Shown here: in pieces, positions 47,632 to 57,932 of the stretch
How the letters are laid out: each line of letters starts with the position of its first letter
Position numbering within the stretch: the stretch's first letter is position 1
Sequence record: SRR2962707_575
DNA: 64,000 nt
Reading direction: 5' to 3' (one strand)
The notes under the pieces: generated by a model
The model's input: only the letters and a program-made list of their open reading frames with translations
Database searches by the model: none
Told to the model about the DNA's origin: nothing
Program-made: the position numbers and the translations under genes

Positions 47632-48438
47632 TTATGCCTTGGCTGTCTTAAATGGCTGGCGAAGCGTTTCACCCAATTGACGCTGAATCTGCTCATTGCC
47701 GCAAAGAATGCTGCCATCATCAAGCATTTTGCTTCCGCCGTTGATATCGCTGATAAAACCACCCGCTTCACGCACCATGATAATGCCTGCTGCAATATCC
47801 CATGCGCTTAAGTGTTTTTCCCAATAGCCGTCAAAACGACCAGCGGCCACATAAGCCAGATCAAGTGCTGCAGAACCACTGCGGCGAATGCCAACGCAAT
47901 TGTTCATCACATGGCGCAACTCGATCAAGAAATTACCGTGATCGCCGCGTCCAAGATGTGGAACACCGCAGCCAATCACGCAATCAGTAAGGCGTGTACG
48001 CGCAGCAACACGAAGACGGCGGTCGTTCAAGAAGGCGCCGCCACCACGCTCAGCAGTATACATTTCATCCGTTACAGGATTGTAGATCAAACCAGCTGTT
48101 ATAACGCCTTGGCGCTCCAACGCGATCGAAATCGCAAAATGCGGAATGCCGTGCAAAAAGTTTGTCGTGCCATCAAGCGGATCAATAATCCAGCGGCTCT
48201 GCGGATCAGAACCAACACGCTCCGTGCCCTCTTCGGCTAGAAAGCCGAATGCTGGACGCGCGCGCTCCAATTCCTCAACCAAGGTCTTTTCAGCCCGAAT
48301 ATCGGCCTGACTAACAAAATCGCCCGGTCCTTTGACGGATACCTGAAGATTTTGCACTTCGCCAAAATCGCGCGCCAAGCCCCGACCCGCTTTAACAGCG
48401 GCTTGAACCATAACAGTCATGAGGGCAGAACGAGCCAT
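47632..48438 (-). CDS. suhB: Inositol monophosphatase family SuhB
   Basis: WIIDPLDGTTNF, GSAALDLAYVAAGRFD, WDIAAG. Confidence 0.95.
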   Translation of the reverse strand: MARSALMTVMVQAAVKAGRGLARDFGEVQNLQVSVKGPGDFVSQADIRAEKTLVEELERARPAFGFLAEEGTERVGSDPQSRWIIDPLDGTTNFLHGIPHFAISIALERQGVITAGLIYNPVTDEMYTAERGGGAFLNDRRLRVAARTRLTDCVIGCGVPHLGRGDHGNFLIELRHVMNNCVGIRRSGSAALDLAYVAAGRFDGYWEKHLSAWDIAAGIIMVREAGGFISDINGGSKMLDDGSILCGNEQIQRQLGETLRQPFKTAKA

Positions 48439-48476
48439 AAGGAAGACCTATAATTTTGAGAAATAGTGAGTTTAGA

Positions 48477-49040
48477 TTAGTCAGCGCGCTTGATATAAGT
48501 CACTTCATCTGTGTCAACGATAATACGCTCACCAGAAGAAATGAACGGCGGAACCATCACGCGAACGCCATTTTCAAGCATTGCAGGTTTAAAAGATGAT
48601 GACACTGTCTGGCCTTTAACAACCGGATCAGCTTCTACAATTTCCAAAGTCACTTGGCTTGGAAGTTTGATGCCAATTGGTTTTTCTTCATGGCTTTCAA
48701 CAGTAACAATCATACCATCTTGCAAAAACTTAGAGCGGTCGCCGACAAAGTCGATCTGCAAGTCAAGCTGCTCATAGCTTTCTGAATCCATGAAAACCAA
48801 TGCGCCATCTTGCTCATAAAGGAACTGATAGTCTTTTTGTTCCAAGCGGACTTTTTCAACGGTCTCACTTGAACGGAAACGTTCATTGAGTTTTGTGCCG
48901 TCAATAAGGTTTTTCAATTCAACCTGATTGAACGCACCGCCCTTACCTGGCTTAACCGCGTTAGTTTTGACTGCAACCCAGAGGCTTTTATTGTGCTCAA
49001 TAACGTTGCCCGGCTTAATTTCGTTGCCGTTGATCTTCAT
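48477..49040 (-). CDS. efp: Elongation factor P
   Basis: VKPGKGGAF loop, [13 protein letters not shown]. Confidence 0.97.
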   Translation of the reverse strand: MKINGNEIKPGNVIEHNKSLWVAVKTNAVKPGKGGAFNQVELKNLIDGTKLNERFRSSETVEKVRLEQKDYQFLYEQDGALVFMDSESYEQLDLQIDFVGDRSKFLQDGMIVTVESHEEKPIGIKLPSQVTLEIVEADPVVKGQTVSSSFKPAMLENGVRVMVPPFISSGERIIVDTDEVTYIKRAD

Positions 49041-49220
49041 GATTTCACTCGATGTCTGATAAATGAACAGGCTTGATCACCTGCTCCCGGTTTCAATTCT
49101 TATCAATGCCTATTTGTGCATCTTTGCGCGGTTCAAGACCATATATGCCACCAATTTGCAAGATAATTGAGCATTAAGCCGCGATTTAGCATGCAACTAT
49201 CACATTCAATAAATAAAAAT

Positions 49221-50207
49221 CTAGCGCAGACGATTAGCGCGAGCGATAGCAGCTTGCTGGGTTTCTGCTTCTAAGCCTTCCCAGAAATCATCCAGAACAG
49301 GATCACGCAGACCTGCGCGGCGCGCCAAAACATACCATGCTGCAGCCTCTTTTGAATCCGGTTCCACACCAATACCGCCCCAATAGAGCTTGCCCAAATT
49401 CGCCTGCGCCTGAACATTACCCGCTTCTGCAGCGCGTTTAATCCAAGAAAAACCGCCTTTAAGATCGCGATCTCCGCCCACACCGTTTAAAAGCATGTTG
49501 CCAAGCTCAAGTTGTGCAGTGCCAAAATTGCTATTGGCCGCTTTGGTCAACCATTTGCGCGCTTTTACCAAATCTCTATCGGCGACATTAGAGCCATTTA
49601 AATAGAACTGACTGATGGCATATTGAGCATCGGGAACTTTTTGCTCTGCAGCCTTCATAAAGTAGTCAAATGCTTCACTTCGATTATCCTGCCCGCCGCG
49701 ATCTGCAAGCAAAAGCTGCGCATAATTAAATTGCGCATCAGCATTGCCGCTGTCAGCCGCTTCACGCATCATCGTGACGGCTTCTGCCTTCGTCGCATCA
49801 TCTATTTTATCGCGATTGAGCAACATCAGCGCAAACTGAAACTTCGCCTCCGGAACGCCCTGCATCGCCGCTTTTTCGTACCATTTTGCCGCTTCGTTAA
49901 CATCGCGGGCAACGCCCAAACCACGAGAATAAATTTCAGCCAGCAAAGTTTGCGCCGCTGGGTCGCCTTTTTCAGCGCGCGGCAAGGCCAAATTGCGCGC
50001 TGTCATATAAAGACCGCGCTGGAATGCACCAAAGGCTTCATCGGTCGGAGCCTCGCCAAAACGCGACGGCACAGGCACTTTAATCTCTGGTGCCTGAATT
50101 TGGATATCGTTTGCTTCTTGCGCAAACGAAACCATAGGCATTGCTGCCACCGCCAAGAACGAAAGCCCTAGTAGAGAGCGTTTAATCTTTTGGCGCAGAA
50201 AGCTCAT
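49221..50207 (-). CDS. Periplasmic Sel1-like repeat protein
   Basis: Signal peptide; repeats AQTLLAEIYSRGLGV...WYEKAA. Confidence 0.9.
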   Translation of the reverse strand: MSFLRQKIKRSLLGLSFLAVAAMPMVSFAQEANDIQIQAPEIKVPVPSRFGEAPTDEAFGAFQRGLYMTARNLALPRAEKGDPAAQTLLAEIYSRGLGVARDVNEAAKWYEKAAMQGVPEAKFQFALMLLNRDKIDDATKAEAVTMMREAADSGNADAQFNYAQLLLADRGGQDNRSEAFDYFMKAAEQKVPDAQYAISQFYLNGSNVADRDLVKARKWLTKAANSNFGTAQLELGNMLLNGVGGDRDLKGGFSWIKRAAEAGNVQAQANLGKLYWGGIGVEPDSKEAAAWYVLARRAGLRDPVLDDFWEGLEAETQQAAIARANRLR

Positions 50208-50863
50208 TCGTCTTCGGCCTTAAAAACATAAGCACTCAAAATTTCATTGGCTTTCGCACAGGCTGATTTTGCATCAACGCCTTCGCCCAATACAGCATGA
50301 GAAAGGGCCACAAAGTCAGTCCCGGTAGCAGCGGCCGTTTCGAGTTCACTCAAATCATTGCCGCCCATGAGAATACACGGCACTTCAACCACATTTGACC
50401 ACCAATCGGCCAATTCAAGATTGCGCTTGTGCGGCATGGCATGCGTGTCTTGCCCAAACCGGCCAAAAAAAACATAATCAGGGTCTTCTTCGCCTAGCGT
50501 CAGTGCAGCATGTTTTGTTTCAGCGCCGCCGCAGCCAATAATCCATTTATTGCCAAATTCTTTGAGCGCCGCTTTAACCTCGGTGTAACCGCCGATGACA
50601 TGCATACCATCAACATCGCAGCGCCCTGCGATGCGCGTATCCCCCGCAGCTACAACGGCTGTACCAGTTGCTTGGCTTGCCAAAACCACCGCAGCCAATA
50701 GCGTTTGGTAATTGTCTTCGTCCATCTGATATTGCGGAACGATGATTGAAGCGACATCGCCGCCTTCAAGTGCAGCGCTCACCGCATCCGATATATCGCC
50801 GACCACTTCGCGCTCTGGCGTGATCAACACGAGGCGGCATCGATCTTCAACTTTTACACTCAT
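50204..50863 (-). CDS. ThiE/TenI-fold protein (degenerate thiamine phosphate synthase family)
   Basis: RLVLITP, DGMHV, DYVFFG, PCILMGG, DFVAL. Confidence 0.8.
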   Translation of the reverse strand: MSVKVEDRCRLVLITPEREVVGDISDAVSAALEGGDVASIIVPQYQMDEDNYQTLLAAVVLASQATGTAVVAAGDTRIAGRCDVDGMHVIGGYTEVKAALKEFGNKWIIGCGGAETKHAALTLGEEDPDYVFFGRFGQDTHAMPHKRNLELADWWSNVVEVPCILMGGNDLSELETAAATGTDFVALSHAVLGEGVDAKSACAKANEILSAYVFKAEDE

Positions 50864-51097
50864 TTTAGCTCCGGTTTTAGGCTACACATTACATGCGCCT
50901 AAACGGCAAAAACGCCATAGTTAGGGCAACTGGCTACGCAAACCAGTCAGTTATCTATTTGGAATGTGTTTTGCTGAATTAATGGCCATTTGCAAGCATT
51001 CAAGCCAAAGCGCTTAATAGCATCAGCCGCACAGTGCAAAACAAATGGGTTATGCGCCATGCAGCTGAATGTGACAGTTAGACTGTCCGGGAGAAAC

Positions 51098-51286
51098 CTA
51101 GTGTTGGGTGTTTGAAGCGTCTAACGCTTGTGTTTGTTCGATCTGTTCCTTCAGCCGCAGCTTTTCACGTTTCAACATCGTGACAACCGATTGATCGGGC
51201 TTGGGCGAGGAACTCTCATAAGAAATCTTTTCTTCCAGCGCTGAGTGTTTACGCTTTAATGAATCAAGATGACCGGAAATGGACAT
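51098..51286 (-). CDS. YdcH/DUF465 family protein
   Basis: MSISGHLDSLKRKHSALE...LKREKLRLKEQI; GGAGG RBS. Confidence 0.88.
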   Translation of the reverse strand: MSISGHLDSLKRKHSALEEKISYESSSPKPDQSVVTMLKREKLRLKEQIEQTQALDASNTQH

Positions 51287-51455
51287 ATAATACCTCCTGT
51301 TGATTGGGTTGGACCCAAAGTGGTTTACGTACGAATCCTGACAGAAAATTATTTTGCTGTCGAACTTTGAATAGTAGCATTTTCTATTGGGCGATTTTGT
51401 GGTAAAAGCGCCGCGCCGTACCGAAACAATTTCATCTAACCAAAGCGGGAAGACC

Positions 51456-51659
51456 ATGTCGGATCAGGATCAGGCTGAGCTGCGAATGGCTTGTGCGCGT
51501 TTAAAAACCGAGCACTCTGACTATGATATCGCCATTGCTGCAATGATTGCGCAAGAGTGCGACACATTGACAATTCAGCGCATGAAAAAGAAAAAGCTCG
51601 CTTTAAAAGACAAGCTGATACGAATCGAAGATCAACTTTTGCCAGATATTATCGCCTAA
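51456..51659 (+). CDS. YdcH/DUF465 family protein
   Basis: EHSDYD...IQRMKKKKLALKD...PDIIA. Confidence 0.88.
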   Translation: MSDQDQAELRMACARLKTEHSDYDIAIAAMIAQECDTLTIQRMKKKKLALKDKLIRIEDQLLPDIIA

Positions 51660-51680
51660 TTTTTCAAGACGGATTATGAC

Positions 51681-52184
51681 ATGACTGGTTTTTCCACAGA
51701 CAACAAAATCGCCATCATCATGGGCAGCCAGTCCGATTGGCCGACAATGGAACACGCGGCCAATATTCTTGATGATCTAGATGTTGCCTATGAAGCGCGT
51801 ATTGTTTCAGCACACCGCACCCCTGACCGTATGTATGATTTTGCAAAATCAGCGCGCCAAGATGGCTTTTCGGTCATTATTGCAGGCGCTGGCGGTGCAG
51901 CGCATTTGCCGGGCATGGTCGCGGCGTTGACATCGCTGCCTGTCTTTGGCGTTCCTATACAAAGCCAAGCGCTCTCTGGCAAAGATTCGCTTTTATCAAT
52001 CGTGCAAATGCCTGCAGGTATTCCAGTCGGCACATTAGCAATCGGCAAAGCAGGCGCTATTAACGCAGCGCTTCTCGCCGTTGCGGTTCTAGCGATAAAT
52101 GACACAGAACTTGCAAATCGCCTTGATGATTGGCGTGCAGCCAATACGGCGCGGGTTGCTGAATATCCATCAAGTGAAGGCTGA
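51681..52184 (+). CDS. purE: N5-CAIR mutase
   Basis: [24 protein letters not shown]. Confidence 0.98.
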   Translation: MTGFSTDNKIAIIMGSQSDWPTMEHAANILDDLDVAYEARIVSAHRTPDRMYDFAKSARQDGFSVIIAGAGGAAHLPGMVAALTSLPVFGVPIQSQALSGKDSLLSIVQMPAGIPVGTLAIGKAGAINAALLAVAVLAINDTELANRLDDWRAANTARVAEYPSSEG

Positions 52185-52187
52185 CAC

Positions 52188-53276
52188 ATGCACACTCCTT
52201 TAGCGATGGGCGCCACGATTGGTATCATTGGCGGCGGACAGCTTGGCCGTATGCTTGCCATGGCCGCCGCAAAATTAGGCTTCAAAACTGTCGTTTTGGA
52301 ACCGCAGGAAGATTGCCCCGCAGCGCAGCTTTGCAATCGACACATTATCGCTGCCTATGATGATGAAAAAGCACTGCAAGAATTAGCCGAAGCTTGCGAT
52401 GTCATCACTTTTGAATTTGAAAACATTGATGTCAGCGCCATTGAGGCGTTGACGCATAAAGTGCCCGTCTATCCCAACGCGGATGCGCTTCGCATTTCGC
52501 AGGACCGGCTTGTAGAAAAAGCGTTTTTGAACAAAAGCGGCCTCAAAACAGCGCCCTATTTCAACATTACAGATGAAACATCACTCAAAAGCGCGCTTGA
52601 TGTGACCGGCGGGCGCGGCATCATGAAAACACGGCGCTTTGGCTATGATGGCAAAGGACAAGTTCGTTTTTCTGCCGATAACAGCCCTTCACCCGCCCAA
52701 GCGATGGAAGAAATTAAGGGCGCACCTGCGATTCTAGAAGGCTTCGTAGATTTTACCTGTGAAATTTCAGTAATCGCGACTCGTGGCCAAGATGGCGAAG
52801 TTGTCTGCTTTGATCCTGCTGAAAATGTTCACAAAAACGGCATCCTTTACAGCACTACTGTGCCATCAAAAGTCCGTGACAAAACGATTGCTGCGGCCGT
52901 GCAATCTGCGAGCGACTTAATTTCTGCATTAGAATATGTCGGAACGCTTGGCCTTGAATTTTTCGTCATGGAAAATGGATCGCTCATTGCAAACGAATTT
53001 GCGCCCCGCGTTCACAATTCGGGCCATTGGACAGAAGCTGCTTGCGTAATTTCGCAGTTTGAACAACACATTCGCGCGATCACCGGCTGGCCTCTCACGA
53101 GCGCATACCGCCATAGCGACTGCGAAATGTTCAATTTGCTTGGGGATGACATCCACAATTTGCGTGAAATTGGCGAAGATCCAAGCGTCTATTTACACAG
53201 TTACGGCAAGGCAGAAGCCCGTGAAGGGCGCAAAATGGGGCATTACACTCGGCTATTTGCTAAAAAATCTAACTAA
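52188..53276 (+). CDS. purK: N5-CAIR synthase
   Basis: GGGQLGRM, GYDGKGQ, NEFAPRVHNSGH, RKMGH. Confidence 0.98.
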   Translation: MHTPLAMGATIGIIGGGQLGRMLAMAAAKLGFKTVVLEPQEDCPAAQLCNRHIIAAYDDEKALQELAEACDVITFEFENIDVSAIEALTHKVPVYPNADALRISQDRLVEKAFLNKSGLKTAPYFNITDETSLKSALDVTGGRGIMKTRRFGYDGKGQVRFSADNSPSPAQAMEEIKGAPAILEGFVDFTCEISVIATRGQDGEVVCFDPAENVHKNGILYSTTVPSKVRDKTIAAAVQSASDLISALEYVGTLGLEFFVMENGSLIANEFAPRVHNSGHWTEAACVISQFEQHIRAITGWPLTSAYRHSDCEMFNLLGDDIHNLREIGEDPSVYLHSYGKAEAREGRKMGHYTRLFAKKSN

Positions 53277-53403
53277 ATCAGCATATATTCTCGAGTGGAC
53301 CGGTTGACATGCCACCTTGAATCCTTGTATCCACCATCAACCTTATTGCGCGCCAAACGGCGCGTTTTTATTTGACCTCTCAAGGGCAACAAGAGCTAAG
53401 ACC

Positions 53404-53529
53404 ATGAAGATTAAAAACTCGCTCAAAGCGTTAAAAGGCCGTGACCGCAACAACCGTTTGGTTCGTCGTAAAGGTCGCGTTTACATCATCAACAAATTGA
53501 ACCCGCGTTTCAAAGCACGCCAGGGCTAA
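53404..53529 (+). CDS. rpmJ: 50S ribosomal protein L36 (zinc-free type)
   Basis: [41 protein letters not shown]. Confidence 0.97.
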   Translation: MKIKNSLKALKGRDRNNRLVRRKGRVYIINKLNPRFKARQG

Positions 53530-53621
53530 TTTGTTTCTGTGAATAGCGCTATAATAAGCATTTTATAGCGATCACAAAGATTTGCATTTGACGAAGCGCG
53601 TTGGAGCAATAAGCTGCTCCT

Positions 53622-54296
53622 ATGCGCTTTTTCACATTTATACCTTCTTTGATTCTTTTTTCCGCACTCATTGTGCCGATGTCGCCGCTTGTAGCGCAAG
53701 AATCAGAGCTTGATGAACCGCCAATACTAGCCGAACCGGTAAACCCTGAACTGGATGCCCTGCGGCCTCAGATTGACGACGTACCTGTGCCAAGCGAGAC
53801 AACCCGCTCTGAGGCAGAAAAGCGCATCGACACTTTATTTGCATTGCTGAAAAAAACACGAAATCCGCGCGCAGCCAAAAATGTCGCCAATGACATCTGG
53901 TCCGAATGGTACAAATCCGGCAGCGCCAGCATTGATTTGTTCCTGCAGTGGTCCGCAGAAGCCGCGCAGCGCCAACAATATAATATAGCGCTCGATTTCC
54001 TTGATCAGGTGATCCTACTAAAACCTGACTATGCAGAGGGCTGGAATCGCCGCGCAACGCTTCACTACTCGATGCTTAACTTCAATAAATCCATGGTCGA
54101 TGTGAGAAAAGTGCTTGAGCTGGAGCCGCGCCACTTCGGAGCGCTCTCTGGCCTTGCGACCATGTTAGAGCGCAATGGCAACGAAGAAGCAGCGCTCAAA
54201 GTGTGGCAACAACTGCTCACCATCTATCCCGCAATGCCATCCGCGCAGCAGTCTGTCATGCGCATCTCTGAGAAGTTAGCAGGCGACCCCGCCTAG
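53622..54296 (+). CDS. Exported TPR protein
   Basis: Signal peptide; PDYAEGWNRRAT, LEPRHFGALSGL. Confidence 0.88.
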   Translation: MRFFTFIPSLILFSALIVPMSPLVAQESELDEPPILAEPVNPELDALRPQIDDVPVPSETTRSEAEKRIDTLFALLKKTRNPRAAKNVANDIWSEWYKSGSASIDLFLQWSAEAAQRQQYNIALDFLDQVILLKPDYAEGWNRRATLHYSMLNFNKSMVDVRKVLELEPRHFGALSGLATMLERNGNEEAALKVWQQLLTIYPAMPSAQQSVMRISEKLAGDPA

Positions 54297-54361
54297 CCAC
54301 TGATCCAAATTCCACATTTCCTCGTATAAACCAATTAGCATGAACATTTGGCTCGTTTTCC

Positions 54362-55429
54362 ATGAATATAATCTACGCCGCGCTTCTATTTGTTATTTCG
54401 CTGTTCTTTATGGCCAGTGCCGTTACCCGCGCAGGCGTTTGGGTGATCGAGAAAAACAATCCGCCCGTAGGCACGTTCCTAACCGTCAACGATACTAAGC
54501 TGCATTATGTTGAGATCAAAGCTGGCCCGAACGCGGACCTGCCACCAATCCTTTTCCTACACGGCGCCAGTGGCAATCTGCTCGATCAAATGTCGATCTA
54601 TGGCGAAAAACTAAAAGGACGGGCTGATCTCATATTCGTTGATCGGCCAGGACACGGCTACTCGACACGCGGCCCAGCAACAAATTCTAACCCCGACGGG
54701 CAATCAGCCACGATTGCCGCACTCCTAGAAAAGCTTGGTATCGAAAAAGCCATCATTGTCGGCCATTCATTTGGCGGCGCGGTTGCCGTTTCCTTCGCGC
54801 TTAATCATCCAGATCAGACAATCGGCACATTATTTTTATCGCCCGTCAGCCATCCATGGCCGGGCGGCATAAGCTGGTATTATGATTTTACAGCAACACC
54901 CATTATAGGGCCTTTGTTTACCGAGACCCTTGCGCTTCCAGCAGGCTTAACACGCATAAAAGACGGCACAGCTTGCGTGTTTGCGCCCAATCAGCCAACA
55001 CCCAACTACGGTGAAAAAACCGCTGTGTCTCTCGTCCTGCGCCCGCGCCATTTTAGAGCCAACGCCGCCGATGTTGCTGGTCTTTTTGATTATGTGAGCA
55101 AAACATCGCCGCGCTACAATGAAATAAAAACCCCCGCCATTATCATCACGGGCGATAAAGATGCCATCGTATTACCGAAAATTCATTCGGTTGGCCTCAA
55201 CCGTGATATTGAAAACAGCCAGCTCATTTGGGTTAAGAATATGGGCCATAAGCCTGACCACGTGGCACCGGAGCTGGTGATCGCAGCGCTCGAAAATCTT
55301 GTTGGTGGAAATAATGATTTACCGGCCATGCGCGATGCGGTTGAAGCCCGCATCGCCAATGATGATTTTGGTCCGCTTGAAAAATGTTTCGATAATCCCG
55401 AAATCAAAGCGGCCGTGGAGCAACAGTAA
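54362..55429 (+). CDS. Membrane-anchored alpha/beta hydrolase
   Basis: HGAS, DRPGHG, GHSFG nucleophile elbow, GDKD, MGH. Confidence 0.9.
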   Translation: MNIIYAALLFVISLFFMASAVTRAGVWVIEKNNPPVGTFLTVNDTKLHYVEIKAGPNADLPPILFLHGASGNLLDQMSIYGEKLKGRADLIFVDRPGHGYSTRGPATNSNPDGQSATIAALLEKLGIEKAIIVGHSFGGAVAVSFALNHPDQTIGTLFLSPVSHPWPGGISWYYDFTATPIIGPLFTETLALPAGLTRIKDGTACVFAPNQPTPNYGEKTAVSLVLRPRHFRANAADVAGLFDYVSKTSPRYNEIKTPAIIITGDKDAIVLPKIHSVGLNRDIENSQLIWVKNMGHKPDHVAPELVIAALENLVGGNNDLPAMRDAVEARIANDDFGPLEKCFDNPEIKAAVEQQ

Positions 55430-55437
55430 TCGGGCGA

Positions 55438-56874
55438 TTAAACGCCCGACTGTCCATCTGAATTTACAGAAGCAATACGCAACATATTCGTCGAGCCAGG
55501 CACGCCTAATGGCACACCTGCAGAAATGATGATGCGATCGCCCGGTTTTGCGAATTCTTCTTCAACTGCGATCGCACATGCGCGATCAACAATCTCATCT
55601 AGATTGTCAGCTTCGCCTGTCACCACGCAGTAAAGTCCCCACGCAAGCGCCAAGCGACGCGCCGTTTCAACAACGGGTGACAGCGCGATAATTGGCACAG
55701 ATGGCCGCTCACGTGACGCGCGGATACCTGTTGCGCCTGATGAGGTGAAACACATAATCGCACTCAGATTAAGCGTTTCAGCAATCTGACGAACAGCGGC
55801 AGAGATAGCGTCGGCACCGGTGGCTTCAGGCCCATCGCGCTGTGCAACGATGATGCCTTGATAAGTTGGCTCTTGTTCAACTTGGCGCGCGATACGCGAC
55901 ATTGTTTCAACAGCCTCTACCGGATAATCACCCGCAGCAGATTCAGCAGAAAGCATAACAGCATCCACGCCCTCGAACACCGCAGTTGCCACGTCAGAAA
56001 CTTCAGCACGTGTTGGCACAGGCGCTGAAATCATTGATTCAAGCATCTGTGTTGCAACAACAACTGGTTTACCAGCACGGCGCGCTTTGCGCGTAATTTG
56101 TTTTTGAACACCCGGTACTGCTTCCAAAGGAAGTTCAACGCCCAAATCACCGCGGGCAACCATGACCGCATCAGACTGTTCGATAATCTCGTCAATACGC
56201 TCAACAGCCTGCGGCTTCTCAATCTTAGAAAGGATCGCCACGCGGCCTTTTGTGATTTCGCGCACTTCGATCAAGTCTTCAGGACGTTGAACGAACGAAA
56301 GAGCAATCCAATCAACGGGCTCAAGCAATACAGCATCAAGGTCTGAACGGTCTTTTTCTGTCAGCGCGCTAGTGCGGATAAGCGTATCAGGAAGGCTAAC
56401 GCCCTTTTTGTTGGAAATATTTGTGCCTGACACAACGCGGCAAACGATTGACGTGCCGTTTGCTTCTTCAGCAACCAACGCCAAACGCCCATCATCAATC
56501 AGCAAACGATGACCTGGCTGAACAGCTTCCAAAATTTCAGGATGCGGCAGGTGAACGCGCGTTTCATCGCCTTCTGCTGGATTATCATCGAGTGTAAAAG
56601 TCTGGCCCGGCTTCAAAGTAACTTTCGTATCTTTGAAAACACCAACGCGTAGCTTTGGACCTTGCAAATCAGCAAGAATGCCGATGGGACGGCCAACATC
56701 TGCCTCAACACTGCGGATTGTCTGAACAAGTTCACGCATCATGTCGTGGCTGGAATGGCTCATATTGATGCGGAAAACATCTGCGCCAGCTTCATAGAGC
56801 TTGAAAATCATTCCCTTGGTATTCGATGCAGGCCCTAGAGTGGCGAGTATCTTAACTTTGCGACCACGTTTCAC
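55438..56874 (-). CDS. pyk: Pyruvate kinase
   Basis: ATLGPAS, DLQGPK, KIE, MVARGDLGVE, ATQMLESM. Confidence 0.98.
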   Translation of the reverse strand: MKRGRKVKILATLGPASNTKGMIFKLYEAGADVFRINMSHSSHDMMRELVQTIRSVEADVGRPIGILADLQGPKLRVGVFKDTKVTLKPGQTFTLDDNPAEGDETRVHLPHPEILEAVQPGHRLLIDDGRLALVAEEANGTSIVCRVVSGTNISNKKGVSLPDTLIRTSALTEKDRSDLDAVLLEPVDWIALSFVQRPEDLIEVREITKGRVAILSKIEKPQAVERIDEIIEQSDAVMVARGDLGVELPLEAVPGVQKQITRKARRAGKPVVVATQMLESMISAPVPTRAEVSDVATAVFEGVDAVMLSAESAAGDYPVEAVETMSRIARQVEQEPTYQGIIVAQRDGPEATGADAISAAVRQIAETLNLSAIMCFTSSGATGIRASRERPSVPIIALSPVVETARRLALAWGLYCVVTGEADNLDEIVDRACAIAVEEEFAKPGDRIIISAGVPLGVPGSTNMLRIASVNSDGQSGV

Positions 56875-57389
56875 TGATTTTCCCCTTGATTTATTATAGG
56901 CCCATCTTGGCCAGTTTGTGTTTCACTTTGCGCCTGATCGTCAACAAGCTGCACCATCCAACTCTGCTGGTTTTCTGTGTCATATTCACGAAACCCAGCG
57001 CGTTGAAAGCCGCGCGCAAAACAATCATTCACACCTGTGATTTTAAATTCGCGTTCTGCAACGCACATATTTACCGGTCCATCCCATCGGCCACCGCGAA
57101 GTGCGTCCTCAGCATAGAGATAATAATAGCGCGATGCCAATGGCCCCTCGATCAATGTTTTACATTTAGAGGGCTCAACATGCCACCAACCTTCAGTAAT
57201 CCAACCCGTGCGGGCACGGTATCCAATTGATACGCCAACAAGTTCCTGTGTTGCATTGCAAACACGAAAATCGGCGCGCGCATCTACTGTGCCTGCTGTG
57301 AACGAAGCCATGAAAAGAAGAACAAATGCGGCAGGCATGTGCCACGCGGTCCGAGTTTTGATTTTAAAGTGCCTAAACAAACGCTGCAT
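56871..57389 (-). CDS. DUF1036 exported protein
   Basis: ADFRVCN...EGWW...RYYYLYA...C..RG...GFREYDT. Confidence 0.85.
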   Translation of the reverse strand: MQRLFRHFKIKTRTAWHMPAAFVLLFMASFTAGTVDARADFRVCNATQELVGVSIGYRARTGWITEGWWHVEPSKCKTLIEGPLASRYYYLYAEDALRGGRWDGPVNMCVAEREFKITGVNDCFARGFQRAGFREYDTENQQSWMVQLVDDQAQSETQTGQDGPIINQGENQ

Positions 57390-57589
57390 TATCCGTTCTC
57401 ATACTTGCGCCAGATTGAATCTCTAAAAGCAAGAATACTGTCTTTTGGCACGGCTGTAACACATGTCAATGGACAAAGCAGCCAAACCTAGAAATGATAT
57501 AAAGAGTTTGGTCATTTTCGCCTTGATTGAGCAAGCCAACGAACCGATATCAACAAGAACAATTTGTACTCGAAAATAGGATTTATGCC

Positions 57590-57898
57590 ATGGCTGATAT
57601 TTCATCACAAAAACAAACTGAATTGGAAGCAGCCGCATTCCGCCGATTGGTGGCCCATTTGAGAGCGCGCAATGATGTGCAAAACATCGACATTATGAAC
57701 CTTGCCGGCTTTTGCCGGAACTGTTTGTCAAATTGGTATAAGGACGCCGCCAACGACGACGGCATTGAATTATCAAAAGATGAAGCCCGCGAAATTATCT
57801 ACGGTATGCCTTATCTAGAATGGCGCGATAAATATCAAACAGAAGCAACACCAGAGCAAATCGCTGCAATGAATAAAAACAAACCGGATCACGGCTAA
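57590..57898 (+). CDS. DUF1244 family protein
   Basis: ELEAAAFRRL, VQNIDIMNLAGFCRNCL, YGMPY; start ATG 57590. Confidence 0.9.
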   Translation: MADISSQKQTELEAAAFRRLVAHLRARNDVQNIDIMNLAGFCRNCLSNWYKDAANDDGIELSKDEAREIIYGMPYLEWRDKYQTEATPEQIAAMNKNKPDHG

Positions 57899-57932
57899 TT
57901 GCTCGCCTATTATGCGGCGCTAAGAAAGTTGC

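Noticed and set aside
50864-51097. 234-bp intergenic region with weak hairpins
   Set aside because: No recognisable RNA motif, strong terminator or ORF
51788-52345. 185-aa minus-strand ORF
   Set aside because: Antisense to purE and purK
43222-53529. Cysteine-free L31 and L36 as Zur-regulated zinc-starvation paralogues
   Set aside because: Zinc-free forms are the normal copies in Alphaproteobacteria; no Zur box noticed
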